64,000 nt of DNA. Source: a virus. Below the pieces are notes generated by a model, which was not told the DNA's origin, searched no databases, and saw only the letters and a program-made list of their open reading frames with translations. Each line of letters starts with the position of its first letter. Position 1 is the first letter of the stretch. The stretch is taken from IMG/VR virus record IMGVR_UViG_3300010413_000013, positions 1 to 64,000 of that record; one strand, given 5' to 3'. Shown piece after piece: positions 38,895 through 48,298 of the stretch. A program made the position numbers and the translations under genes.

Positions 38895-39263
38895 ATGAAG
38901 AAGAGAAAAAAAATAAACGTAGAAAGGATAGTAGCAAACAAAAACAAAAGAAGAGGTAGAAGTGTAGAAAAGAGAGTAGCCGACTATCTAGGCTTTGATG
39001 CTAAAGGTTTGTATGGTGGAGAAGACGCAAAATTAGGAATTTTCAGTGCAGAAGTAAAAGACAGGAAGAAGTATGCAGGTGCTACTATGTTCAAACAAGC
39101 CGAAACAAATTGCAAAAAGGCGAAAAGGAAAATACCAATATTAGTAGTGCATACAACCAATGGTAGAATAGAAGATTCACTAGTACATATGAAAGCAAAG
39201 GATTGGATGGATCTATTTACCTTTGCTATGGAAAAGGGATATGTTAAAAAGAATAGAAGCTAA
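38895..39263 (+). CDS. PD-(D/E)XK Holliday junction resolvase-like nuclease
   Basis: RGRSVEKRVA...D...SAEVKDR...QAE...PILV. Confidence 0.75.
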   Translation: MKKRKKINVERIVANKNKRRGRSVEKRVADYLGFDAKGLYGGEDAKLGIFSAEVKDRKKYAGATMFKQAETNCKKAKRKIPILVVHTTNGRIEDSLVHMKAKDWMDLFTFAMEKGYVKKNRS

Positions 39264-40158
39264 AAACTTTCAATGCCATAAATCTACTAATATTGAATTA
39301 GCTGAAGGAGTAAACTACATAATAGGAGACTCAGGAACCGGAAAGACTTCTATATTTCAACGTCTACCCAAGTGGTTGTTTTTTAATATTTCTCCTAAAA
39401 ATCTAATTAGACATGGACAGAAAGAAGTACAAGGAAAAGCTGTTTTCAGTAATGGAACTATAGTAGAGAAGACAAAAGGAACCAAAGGAATACAGATGAA
39501 GCTGAATGGTGAAAAGTTTGAAGCAGTGGGTAGATATGTTCCAGATGAAATAAAAGAAGTAATAAATCTAACAGAAAATAATTTTAATAATAATGGTAGA
39601 CTCCTATTGAATATTAGACCGGGAGATAGAGCAAAGTTTATTAACAAACTTATTAATTTAGAAATAATAGATAAAGCAAGCAAAGAAGCGAATAAAGATA
39701 TTATTAAAATCAAAACACGACTCAAACACAAAGAAGAAGAAATAAAGAAAACAAAAGAAGAATTAAAAAAAATAGCATGGATACATTATGCAGAAGGAAC
39801 TTTAGCTGTTCTGACAGAGATAGTGAATAAGACCAGAGAGGTAGACAGGAAGATAAGAAAAACAGAGGAGATCCTAAAAGAAAGAGAAGAAATACTATCT
39901 GATATTAGAACACTTGAAAAAAATTATCCACCTATAGAGCAGATAGAAAACATGGTTGGTTTGGCTGAAAAGATAGAAGATATAGAACAGGCTATAAATG
40001 CAATAGAAAATCTATTAGCTGAAGAAGTATCTATAACAGAAGAGATGAAAAATATTGAACGAATGTACAAAATGTATAAAAAGCAATTGATAGAAGAGTT
40101 TCCAGATATTTGTCCTTTATGTAATCAAGAAGTAAAGAATAAAAAAGGTGTACTATGA
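39223..40158 (+). CDS. Rad50/SbcC N-terminal half
   Basis: IEAKNFQCH, Walker A GDSGTGKT, coiled coil, terminal Zn-hook CPLC. Confidence 0.85.
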   Translation: MLWKRDMLKRIEAKNFQCHKSTNIELAEGVNYIIGDSGTGKTSIFQRLPKWLFFNISPKNLIRHGQKEVQGKAVFSNGTIVEKTKGTKGIQMKLNGEKFEAVGRYVPDEIKEVINLTENNFNNNGRLLLNIRPGDRAKFINKLINLEIIDKASKEANKDIIKIKTRLKHKEEEIKKTKEELKKIAWIHYAEGTLAVLTEIVNKTREVDRKIRKTEEILKEREEILSDIRTLEKNYPPIEQIENMVGLAEKIEDIEQAINAIENLLAEEVSITEEMKNIERMYKMYKKQLIEEFPDICPLCNQEVKNKKGVL

Positions 40159-41069
40159 AACCCACTGCTTTGTTTTGTGCTGATTTACATATTAGACTAC
40201 TTGCTCCAAAATGTAGAGAACAAGAAGAATTTGAAGAATCTATGTTTTCTAAACTAGGCCAATTAAATATATGGCAACATAGGTATAAAGTTCCTTTGGT
40301 AGTAGTAGGAGATGTGGGGAATATTCCTGAGTGGCCTAATATTCTTCTTACCAAAATGCTTCCTTACTGGTATCAAAGTGGTTGTAGAAGAATAGTAATA
40401 CCGGGGCAGCATGATCTACCAGAACATAGATTAAATCAGTGGATGTTTGGAGCATTAGGATTATTACATGGAATAGGTGCTATAGAAGTAGTAATAGATA
40501 GAGAAGAGCATGTAGTAAAATGGGGAGGAATCACTTTAACTTTCTCTGCTTGTCCTTATGGGGAAGATCCATTACACATTATGAAAGAGGGAATGCCAAA
40601 TATTCTACTGATACACAAATTAATAATAGACGATCTGGAAGAGAAATATTTAGGTAGTACTACTACTACTGCTAGATCCATGCTAAATAAATTTACTGAA
40701 TATGATTTAATAGTATCTGGTGATAACCACAAACCTTTTGTAATGAAGAAGGGAAGAAGATTATTAGTAAATTGTGGTAGTATGATGCGAACTAGAATAG
40801 ATCAAGTAGATCACAAACCTAGAGCATACCTATGGTATGCAGAAACAAACACAATAGAGCCTCTATTCTTCAAAATAAAAAGAGATGTAATAAAAAAGGT
40901 ATCAATCAGTGGAGGTAATTCAAAAGAAAGGATGAATACCTATGTCAAATATTTATCAAAGAAAGTAGACCTAAGTCTATCATATGAACACAACTTAAAA
41001 CAAATACTACTAAAAAACAAAACAGACAGAAAAGTAGAAAAAAAGATTTGGAGGTATGTAAATGGATAG
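40155..41069 (+). CDS. Mre11/SbcD-like nuclease
   Basis: ADLH, VGD, PGQHD, LIH, SGDNH, NCGS. Confidence 0.88.
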   Translation: MKPTALFCADLHIRLLAPKCREQEEFEESMFSKLGQLNIWQHRYKVPLVVVGDVGNIPEWPNILLTKMLPYWYQSGCRRIVIPGQHDLPEHRLNQWMFGALGLLHGIGAIEVVIDREEHVVKWGGITLTFSACPYGEDPLHIMKEGMPNILLIHKLIIDDLEEKYLGSTTTTARSMLNKFTEYDLIVSGDNHKPFVMKKGRRLLVNCGSMMRTRIDQVDHKPRAYLWYAETNTIEPLFFKIKRDVIKKVSISGGNSKERMNTYVKYLSKKVDLSLSYEHNLKQILLKNKTDRKVEKKIWRYVNG

Positions 41070-41298
41070 GACTGAAAAGCTACTACATCTTAAAGAAAAA
41101 ATTACTTCTATTGAAAAAAGAAAAGATAGACTAAAAGGTAGACTAGATTCCAATAACAAAGAACTATCAAAGATAGGATATAGAAATAACAAACATGCTA
41201 GAAAAGAACTGAAGAAGCTAAAAGTATTGAGGGATGAATATATGAGGCTACTAAGAAAAGAAGAAGAAAAGATAGAAGAATATGACGATATCAATTGA
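41062..41298 (+). CDS. Small coiled-coil protein (Rad50 complex accessory?)
   Basis: 78 aa heptad-like; overlaps both neighbours. Confidence 0.6.
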   Translation: MDRTEKLLHLKEKITSIEKRKDRLKGRLDSNNKELSKIGYRNNKHARKELKKLKVLRDEYMRLLRKEEEKIEEYDDIN

Positions 41299-41917
41299 AC
41301 ACTACAAAGAGAGAATACAATTTCTAAAAGGAAAAGCAGCACAACTGCAAGAAGATTTGTTTTTACAAAATATAGAAAAAAGAAAGCTGAAGAAAGAATT
41401 AGACACGGCAAAAAAAGCACAAGCTATTATACAATATGCAGCACAAGCTACTCAAAAGAAAATAGAATATTCTATTAGTGAAATTACTTCTCTTTCTCTT
41501 TCTGCTGTATTTGATAGACCATATAAATTCATCTGTAGGTTTAAAAAATTTGGAAGTAAAAGTACCCATTGTGATTTTCTATTTAGTGTAGATGGAGAAG
41601 AAATAGATCCTACATCTTCTGATTCTGGAGGTGCTTGCAACATTGCTGCTTTAGGTCTACTATGTACTATATACACTTTAACACAACCAAAGACTAGACC
41701 TATTTTATTTATAGAAGAACCATTCTTAGAATTAAAAGGAAGGAGGGCAAATATTAGAGGACTGAAATTGATAAACTTATTGAGTAGAAAACTCGGTATT
41801 CAATTCATTATTATCAGTGATGAAAGAGTAGATATAAAATATATAAAGAAGTATTCAGATAAAGTGTTTAAAGCAACAATGGAAAAAGGAATATCTATCA
41901 TAAAGGAAATAAAATGA
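41282..41917 (+). CDS. Rad50/SbcC C-terminal half
   Basis: Coiled coil, then signature-like DSGG, Walker B ILFIEEPF, QFIIIS. Confidence 0.8.
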   Translation: MTISIEHYKERIQFLKGKAAQLQEDLFLQNIEKRKLKKELDTAKKAQAIIQYAAQATQKKIEYSISEITSLSLSAVFDRPYKFICRFKKFGSKSTHCDFLFSVDGEEIDPTSSDSGGACNIAALGLLCTIYTLTQPKTRPILFIEEPFLELKGRRANIRGLKLINLLSRKLGIQFIIISDERVDIKYIKKYSDKVFKATMEKGISIIKEIK

Positions 41918-42378
41918 ACGATAAGTTTAAATATTCTGGATTTGTAGGAATGGAGTTTTCTACTATTAATAGAGTAGAAAAAGAACATTTGGAAAACTAC
42001 ATAAAAATGAGTACAGATAATAATCCAATACATTATAGTGATAGTGTAGCACAAAGAACAATCTTCAAAACGTGTATAGTACCGGGAGTAGTACTACTAG
42101 GATTTGTTGCTGGTTGTATCGAAAATAGTGCAAGATTGTTATTGAAAAACCACATTCCTATTATAAAAAACTTTGAAGCAAAGTTTATTAATCCTGCCCA
42201 TTTTGGAGATGTAATAAAAACAGATTTGCTTATTTCAAGCACAAAATATAATACGATAGGAGCATATATTTATTGTGGTTTATTAAAAACAAACAGGACA
42301 ATATTAACAGTAGAAACTAATTTTAAACTAATAGAAGTAAAGGAGGAAAAAACAGAATGCCAATGCCAGATTTTATAG
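41914..42378 (+). CDS. MaoC-like (hotdog-fold) dehydratase
   Basis: STDNNPIHY...IVPG....GFVAG...KFINPAHFGD. Confidence 0.8.
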   Translation: MNDKFKYSGFVGMEFSTINRVEKEHLENYIKMSTDNNPIHYSDSVAQRTIFKTCIVPGVVLLGFVAGCIENSARLLLKNHIPIIKNFEAKFINPAHFGDVIKTDLLISSTKYNTIGAYIYCGLLKTNRTILTVETNFKLIEVKEEKTECQCQIL

Positions 42379-42836
42379 AATGTTCTTGTGCAGTATGTGC
42401 TAAACAATGTAATTTTAGACCGGGATATTTTAAACCAGAAGAGATAGATAAGGTAGCAAAATATCTTAACATGGATGTAGAAACGGTTTTCTACTCCTTC
42501 CTTGCTGTAGATTGGGATGACAGAGAGGAACACAATGGAGAAGTAATATTTATTATTGCTCCAGCATTAAAAGATTCTCATACTGGAGTAGAGTATCCAG
42601 AGTATCCTTCTGGTGAATGTTCCTTCTATATGAATAAGACATGCACCATTTATCCTGTTAGACCTTTTGAATGTAGACTTTTCGATCACAGACTTTCACA
42701 AGATTACTATAGAGAGAAGAGATTGGAAGTAGTTCAAAGCTGGAAGGGTAAAACAGAGATGATAGAAAAACTTCTTGGTAGACCTCCACAAGCAAAGACA
42801 TTACATCTCCAAGATATAGTTAATCACTGGTGGTAG
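42357..42836 (+). CDS. YkgJ-like cysteine-cluster (Fe/Zn) protein
   Basis: CSCAVCAKQC...CSFY...CTIYPVRPFECRLF. Confidence 0.8.
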   Translation: MPMPDFIECSCAVCAKQCNFRPGYFKPEEIDKVAKYLNMDVETVFYSFLAVDWDDREEHNGEVIFIIAPALKDSHTGVEYPEYPSGECSFYMNKTCTIYPVRPFECRLFDHRLSQDYYREKRLEVVQSWKGKTEMIEKLLGRPPQAKTLHLQDIVNHWW

Positions 42837-42845
42837 TCAACATAA

Positions 42846-42879
42846 ATCCCCTATGGTAAAAACATCTACCATAGGGGAT
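42846..42879. terminator. Hairpin at the convergence of the replication and lysis arms
   Basis: ATCCCCTATGGTA...TACCATAGGGGAT, 13-bp stem. Confidence 0.7.
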
Positions 42880-43069
42880 AGACCAGTAGAGAAAACGGCA
42901 AAAAACTCCACTGGATTATTTAAGCTTGTTTAGTAATGTATCCGTTTTATCACTTTCTGCTTTAATTGCTTCTATTACTTCTGCTTCTGATTTACCACTA
43001 ATCTGCTGGAGAAGTAAAATACCTAACAGCACTAGATCGGATGCTGTATTAATCATTTTTAATTTTTCA

Positions 43070-43405
43070 TTATCCATCGTTCACCTCCATCAGTATTTCT
43101 ATAATAGCATTTTTAATCTTGATCCAAGTCATAAGATCATTACCAAAATCATAATCTTCTCCTAACATTACTTCCCAACCATCCAACAAAGCATCTGCAC
43201 TAGTGAATAGTTCCTTTGCTTTTATGTGTGTTTCCATTGGTATCTGATCTTGTACTATTAAATACTGCTCAATGAGTAGATTAAGTTCTGTTCTAGCTGC
43301 TAGATATTTCTTATCAGAAGTATTTAAAGCTGTTGTAGCACAACCTATCCCAAATAGTAGGAGGGCTGCTATAATAGCACTCTTATAAATCCAATTTCTT
43401 TTCAT
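43070..43405 (-). CDS. Lipoprotein, possible spanin component
   Basis: AIIAALLLFGIG-C lipobox; in the lysis cassette. Confidence 0.6.
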   Translation of the reverse strand: MKRNWIYKSAIIAALLLFGIGCATTALNTSDKKYLAARTELNLLIEQYLIVQDQIPMETHIKAKELFTSADALLDGWEVMLGEDYDFGNDLMTWIKIKNAIIEILMEVNDG

Positions 43406-43415
43406 AGTTTCCCTC

Positions 43416-43622
43416 CTACATAGTAATTTTCTTACTAGCTGTTACTCTTCCAATAATGGTTAAAACTACTCCAACAGCACCACCGATAGCAGTAGCAATA
43501 TCTGCTAGGGTAATCTGGTCGTCTGCATTTAGAGTATATCCAAAACCAGAAAGAATAAGAGCTACCAACATAAAAATAGATCCCCAAATAGTTTTACTTG
43601 CATACCATTTTTTTGTATCCAT
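43416..43622 (-). CDS. Holin-like 2-TM protein
   Basis: KKWYASKTIWG start, two hydrophobic helices, GR.TA terminus. Confidence 0.65.
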   Translation of the reverse strand: MDTKKWYASKTIWGSIFMLVALILSGFGYTLNADDQITLADIATAIGGAVGVVLTIIGRVTASKKITM

Positions 43623-43625
43623 GAT

Positions 43626-43964
43626 TTAATCTCCTTTTTCTTTTTTGTCTTTGATAAGTACTTTAAGCATTCCTTCTATGTTTGCTGTTTTTTCTCTCAT
43701 ATCAGCTACATCGTCTTTAATATCTTTTATATCGCCTTTCATTTCTTCTACACAATTATCTACATCTTGTTTTCTTTGGTGTATTGTTTCTTCGTTTTTT
43801 TGTACATCCTTCTTTAGTAGTTTTACTTGTTCATCAGCATCTACTGCTTTATTAAATACAAAAGCTGCCATAAATCCTAAAACAGTAAGCAAAGATCCCA
43901 AAGCTAGCTTTCTTATGAGAGGACCATAACCATTTACTACTTGTTTTATTCTGTTTTTTACCAC
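43626..43964 (-). CDS. TM + coiled-coil lysis-associated protein
   Basis: One TM segment then a coiled coil; next to the endolysin. Confidence 0.55.
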   Translation of the reverse strand: MVKNRIKQVVNGYGPLIRKLALGSLLTVLGFMAAFVFNKAVDADEQVKLLKKDVQKNEETIHQRKQDVDNCVEEMKGDIKDIKDDVADMREKTANIEGMLKVLIKDKKEKGD

Positions 43965-43984
43965 TTTACATTTTAGCCTCCTTT

Positions 43985-44425
43985 CTACTCTCTTAATTCA
44001 AAATGTGGTAGGTCATCAAAAGTTTGGTCATTTACTCTTCTATTCATGTTCCAATCAGCACCGTGTCTAATTTTTATTCCCATCTGTGCAGCTACTCCTA
44101 AGACAAAACCACTGAAGTAATACCATTCTGCTAAATCTTTACTATATGTCTTCGTTCTATAATCAGGCCAAACTACATTTGGTCTATCTAGTCCCCAACA
44201 TCTCCAAGGTACTACATCTACTGCTATAGAAGGTAGTTTGTTATGTGCGCTATTAGGCCAACGTACTTTACTTACTTCTCTTGGTAAAGCATTTTGCTCC
44301 TCCATAGTTCTATGTCCACATAAGACAGCACAATCCCAATGTTGTACTACTGTTTCAAATAGTAGTATCAGTGGTTGTCTACAAGTATAAAGTCTTTGTT
44401 TGCTTATTTTCCCAAAGTATGGCAT
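43985..44425 (-). CDS. Endolysin, peptidase M15 (L-Ala-D-Glu peptidase-like)
   Basis: CGHRT..EQ, SAHN, AVD, GADW, DLPHFEL. Confidence 0.88.
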   Translation of the reverse strand: MPYFGKISKQRLYTCRQPLILLFETVVQHWDCAVLCGHRTMEEQNALPREVSKVRWPNSAHNKLPSIAVDVVPWRCWGLDRPNVVWPDYRTKTYSKDLAEWYYFSGFVLGVAAQMGIKIRHGADWNMNRRVNDQTFDDLPHFELRE

Positions 44426-44853
44426 TAGTCATCATCTTTTAATATAAGTATAGGTTTTATAAAATTTAATTCTATACCACTAATAGCAATTGGTAAGTCA
44501 TCTAACGTTGCTTCTATTCTATTCACTGGTATTTCTACTTCTTCTTTAAGAAAAGAATCTAAATCTTCTGTATAAGCTCTTAAATCTTCTATACTGTACT
44601 GGTTCCCATTTCTCAAAACTATTTCACCTTTATCATCCTTCTTGGCATGTCTTTTACTTAATTCATCTTTCAAAGTAGCAAACTTTTTATACTCCTCTTT
44701 CAAATATTCACAAACTCTAAGTACTCTATTCAGTACTTTGGTATTTCTAAACTCTCTCTTTAGTAGAGATTGATAGACACCATGATTAATTAATTCTAAA
44801 TGCTCATATGTAACTTTTACTCTTTCTTCTTTAGCCGTTTGTTTTTTTGCCAT
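44425..44853 (-). CDS. DUF1617-like tail-associated protein
   Basis: HAKKDDKGE...LKEEVEI pattern; lies after the tail tip gene. Confidence 0.5.
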   Translation of the reverse strand: MAKKQTAKEERVKVTYEHLELINHGVYQSLLKREFRNTKVLNRVLRVCEYLKEEYKKFATLKDELSKRHAKKDDKGEIVLRNGNQYSIEDLRAYTEDLDSFLKEEVEIPVNRIEATLDDLPIAISGIELNFIKPILILKDDD

Positions 44854-44865
44854 TTTAAAATCTCC

Positions 44866-47800
44866 TTATGCTGCTTTTAATAATTCTATCTCCTCTCTTA
44901 GTTCTTTTATTTCATCGTGTAATTCCTGTACATATTTCACTGTATAGGCTATCTCTACTCCACTGTTTGTACAATATTCTGATTTTCCGTTTGGGTGTAT
45001 TACTTCTCTTACTGCTTTATCTAATCCAACCTTCAACCATTCTTGTGCTGTTATACTTGCTATCACTTTATCAGGTAGTAGATCCATTGTATGATATTTA
45101 GGAGTTATACTTCTCATTTTGTCTTTAATAGAATCTTGCATAGGTATAATATTTGCTTTTCTTCTTTCATCAGAGGTATCCCAATCTTGATAGACATAAG
45201 TATAACCATCTCCTCTTACATACATTAATCCCGATTCACTTGAATTTTCTACTATAAGTGGATAATATGAAGAAGTAGCTCCTCTTGCTGTCGCTCTAAG
45301 AGTAACATAATCATTATCACTACCTCCCCCGAAAACACAATTAAGAGCATAAACTCTATCCCAAGGATAACTACTAGTTCCTAAATATACAGCATCATCA
45401 CTGTCTGGATAAATACCACCATAACTACCACTTGGAGTATAGAAAAAATAAATATCCAAATCATTATCATGTAGAGCAACTAAAAACTGCGAAGTACTAC
45501 CGGTCCAAGGATGTAAATATAAAAGAGAAGAGGTAGTAATTTCATCACTATAAAATGCCTGTATATAAAACTCTGCATTTAAATATGAAAACATATTTAA
45601 AGCACTATCAGTATTTGGATCATTCCAAACTATAACTGCTGGATCTGAAGCATCAGCAAGCATGGTAATGTCGCTTCCTGCTGTTAATGCCAAAGAAGAA
45701 ACACCGTTTGATCCAATAGAAAGATATTCACTATTACCAATTTTAAAATATAAATTACCATCACCATCTATTAAACAATGTGCATAACTTTCATTTCCTA
45801 TTGTTACTTCTTCTGTGGTTAAATCCAGATTGAAGTATAAAATTGCAGCAGTAGTATATCCTTGAATACCATTATTATTAATAATCATTCCACCGGGATC
45901 TGTATCAGAATCTTGTCCAGAAGGATCTGCACTTGTTTTAATTACTCCACTAGTATAAACTTGTATCTCACACTCTTTAACATATCCATGAAAAATAGTA
46001 GCAGTACTTCCATCAATGGGAATATCCAGTGTAATACCATACAAATGATGTATCATTCTGATACCCATTGTTGGATCTAGTAAAATGTAATCCTGCCCAC
46101 TACCCACTCTAAGGATACCGGGAAGTACTGCTGGAATACTACCAGAAGAAACGGTAGATTGACTACCAACTATCAAAGGTTGCCAAACTACCATTGTTCC
46201 ATTTTGAGAAAGAGTAAGTCCTTGTGGTGCTAGATCTTCAAAATTATCTAAAGTCCATTTATAAATAGTAGCTTCTATCTTTAAAGAACAATCTTTATTT
46301 ACTTCTATACTATCTATTAATGCTTCGTATAAACCACCATACTTGGTATCATTGATAGTAACAAGTTCACCGGGTAGTAATCCTGTTCTATGTGGACCTA
46401 ATACAAAGGTTATTTCTGCTTTTCTACCATACTTCCACTGATAGTAGAGCATCCCTAGCTTTTGAGCATTTACTGAATCATTAACAAAAGGAACTTCAAA
46501 CAGATCACCAGAATATTCATTTGTATTTATTTTAGCAGGAACAGTAAATCTAGTTAGCTGATCTATTGGTTCATCTGTTTGTTGATAGGCAATGTCTCCA
46601 CAATCATAAAAAACATCCTTGGTAAATAAAGAGTAGTCAAAAGTAGTATGCTTTTGTTCATTGCATTTTATATCTGCATCTGTTAAAGTAGCTTGTGAAG
46701 TAGTATCTAATACTCTTAGTGTTATGTGTCCTTGGCAATAATCAAAAGCACAATGACATTGTGAAAGAAGATTTGCTATTAATTCTTTTCTATCTATTCT
46801 CTTCCAGAAACCGTGATTCCATTCTAGATTCCATGCAGAACTATCAAATGTAGTAGCAGCATCAGAGAAATCTAATAGATGTCTAGGAATACCCATATCT
46901 ACTAAGATATACTCTAATACATCAGCAGGATTTGTTATAGATACAGTATCACTTCGACTAAACTTTACTAGTGCATCTTCTAACCAAGCACCATCACCTT
47001 TCCATAAACCATTAGTAACAGGAGAAGCAGGAGGACTACTACTATCGCCAGTGGTAGGAACAAATTGGAAACATCTATAAGTTCCACCAGTATTCCCTGT
47101 TTCCGTAGTTTGATTAAATTCATATGTACCATTTTCCCATACTGAGTTTCCATACTTCCTAGGTGCTCTTACTTTGGTAACAGTATAGGTGGGACCAGAA
47201 GGACCGAGTAGATATCTTCTATCATTGCTGACAAAAACAGCACGAAGTGGAATATAAGCAGTACCAAATACTACTGGTACTATAGCACCATCATCTCTAT
47301 TACCGTAGTCATTATCTTCTTCTGGAAATTCATTGGAAGTCAAAGGACTATTAGGCCACGTTCCTTTTAAGAACTTGTAAATATAATCTACACAATCAAA
47401 TTTTAAAGTTTCTTCTACTGTCTGTGGAGTTACTTTTGCAGTAAGTAGAAATTCATAGAAGACATCTTCATTTGTTCCATCACTTAGGACTTGCCGAATC
47501 ATTACTTTACAAGCATCAAAGTCTTCTGGAGTTAGAGCATTATTTGGATTTACTACTGTAAAAGTACATCTAGAAGGTGCTTGTAAATCAAACTCACTCT
47601 TTGCTCTAGTCATTTTTGAGAAGTTAAAATCTTTAATCTTGGCAGTATAATTATGCCCATCATAAGCACAATTAGTAGTACTCCATCTATAAGTAGGTGT
47701 AGCAGGATATCCAGAGGAGTCATCTGTCATAATCGCACCACCACCCACACCAAAGGTAACATCTGAATCACCTTGAAAAGCTACAGCTTGCCCACCAGCA

Positions 47801-47886
47801 TATAAAGTAAATTCAAAAAGCCACTTTACTTCTAGATTTGGTTCAGTTAAAATAACTTCCTGTATGGAATCTAAATCAATAGTCAT
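44866..47886 (-). CDS. Tail tip/hub protein with C-terminal S74 intramolecular chaperone
   Basis: VPVVFG, TNPADVL and LLPGELVTI hub-like motifs; SDERRKANI...VQEL..EI.EL at the C-terminus. Confidence 0.8.
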   Translation of the reverse strand: MTIDLDSIQEVILTEPNLEVKWLFEFTLYAGGQAVAFQGDSDVTFGVGGGAIMTDDSSGYPATPTYRWSTTNCAYDGHNYTAKIKDFNFSKMTRAKSEFDLQAPSRCTFTVVNPNNALTPEDFDACKVMIRQVLSDGTNEDVFYEFLLTAKVTPQTVEETLKFDCVDYIYKFLKGTWPNSPLTSNEFPEEDNDYGNRDDGAIVPVVFGTAYIPLRAVFVSNDRRYLLGPSGPTYTVTKVRAPRKYGNSVWENGTYEFNQTTETGNTGGTYRCFQFVPTTGDSSSPPASPVTNGLWKGDGAWLEDALVKFSRSDTVSITNPADVLEYILVDMGIPRHLLDFSDAATTFDSSAWNLEWNHGFWKRIDRKELIANLLSQCHCAFDYCQGHITLRVLDTTSQATLTDADIKCNEQKHTTFDYSLFTKDVFYDCGDIAYQQTDEPIDQLTRFTVPAKINTNEYSGDLFEVPFVNDSVNAQKLGMLYYQWKYGRKAEITFVLGPHRTGLLPGELVTINDTKYGGLYEALIDSIEVNKDCSLKIEATIYKWTLDNFEDLAPQGLTLSQNGTMVVWQPLIVGSQSTVSSGSIPAVLPGILRVGSGQDYILLDPTMGIRMIHHLYGITLDIPIDGSTATIFHGYVKECEIQVYTSGVIKTSADPSGQDSDTDPGGMIINNNGIQGYTTAAILYFNLDLTTEEVTIGNESYAHCLIDGDGNLYFKIGNSEYLSIGSNGVSSLALTAGSDITMLADASDPAVIVWNDPNTDSALNMFSYLNAEFYIQAFYSDEITTSSLLYLHPWTGSTSQFLVALHDNDLDIYFFYTPSGSYGGIYPDSDDAVYLGTSSYPWDRVYALNCVFGGGSDNDYVTLRATARGATSSYYPLIVENSSESGLMYVRGDGYTYVYQDWDTSDERRKANIIPMQDSIKDKMRSITPKYHTMDLLPDKVIASITAQEWLKVGLDKAVREVIHPNGKSEYCTNSGVEIAYTVKYVQELHDEIKELREEIELLKAA

Positions 47887-48287
47887 TATGATACATAGCC
47901 TAACACTTTAAATTTGATAGAAACAGAATGGGCATATCTACCAAAACTCCTTGGGAGTCTTCCAACAAACTTTACTACATATGTATTTCCATCATAATGT
48001 GTCCACTGAATACTTCTTGCTGTCCCATTAGCTTTACTGCTATTATGATAGAACTCCATTATAGTACCAGCATCAGCAGCCGACATATGATCCCACCGCA
48101 AAGTAGCAAAAAATATAGAAGCATTAGACAAGGCTATACTACTTTCAGATCCATCATCATATTCATGGGTAATTATATTTTTATAACCTTCTTCTTCTAT
48201 TACTTCTTGTGGTTGTAGAGTTAGAGTATCACCAGTATAATCTGCCGTATCAGCAGATAAATAATCTTTCATAGTCTTTGCTGCCAT
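47886..48287 (-). CDS. Distal tail protein-like
   Basis: Lies after the tape measure gene; LRWD.MS..DA..I.EFY....NG...S..W. Confidence 0.6.
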   Translation of the reverse strand: MAAKTMKDYLSADTADYTGDTLTLQPQEVIEEEGYKNIITHEYDDGSESSIALSNASIFFATLRWDHMSAADAGTIMEFYHNSSKANGTARSIQWTHYDGNTYVVKFVGRLPRSFGRYAHSVSIKFKVLGYVS

Positions 48288-48298
48288 ACTTTCGCCTC

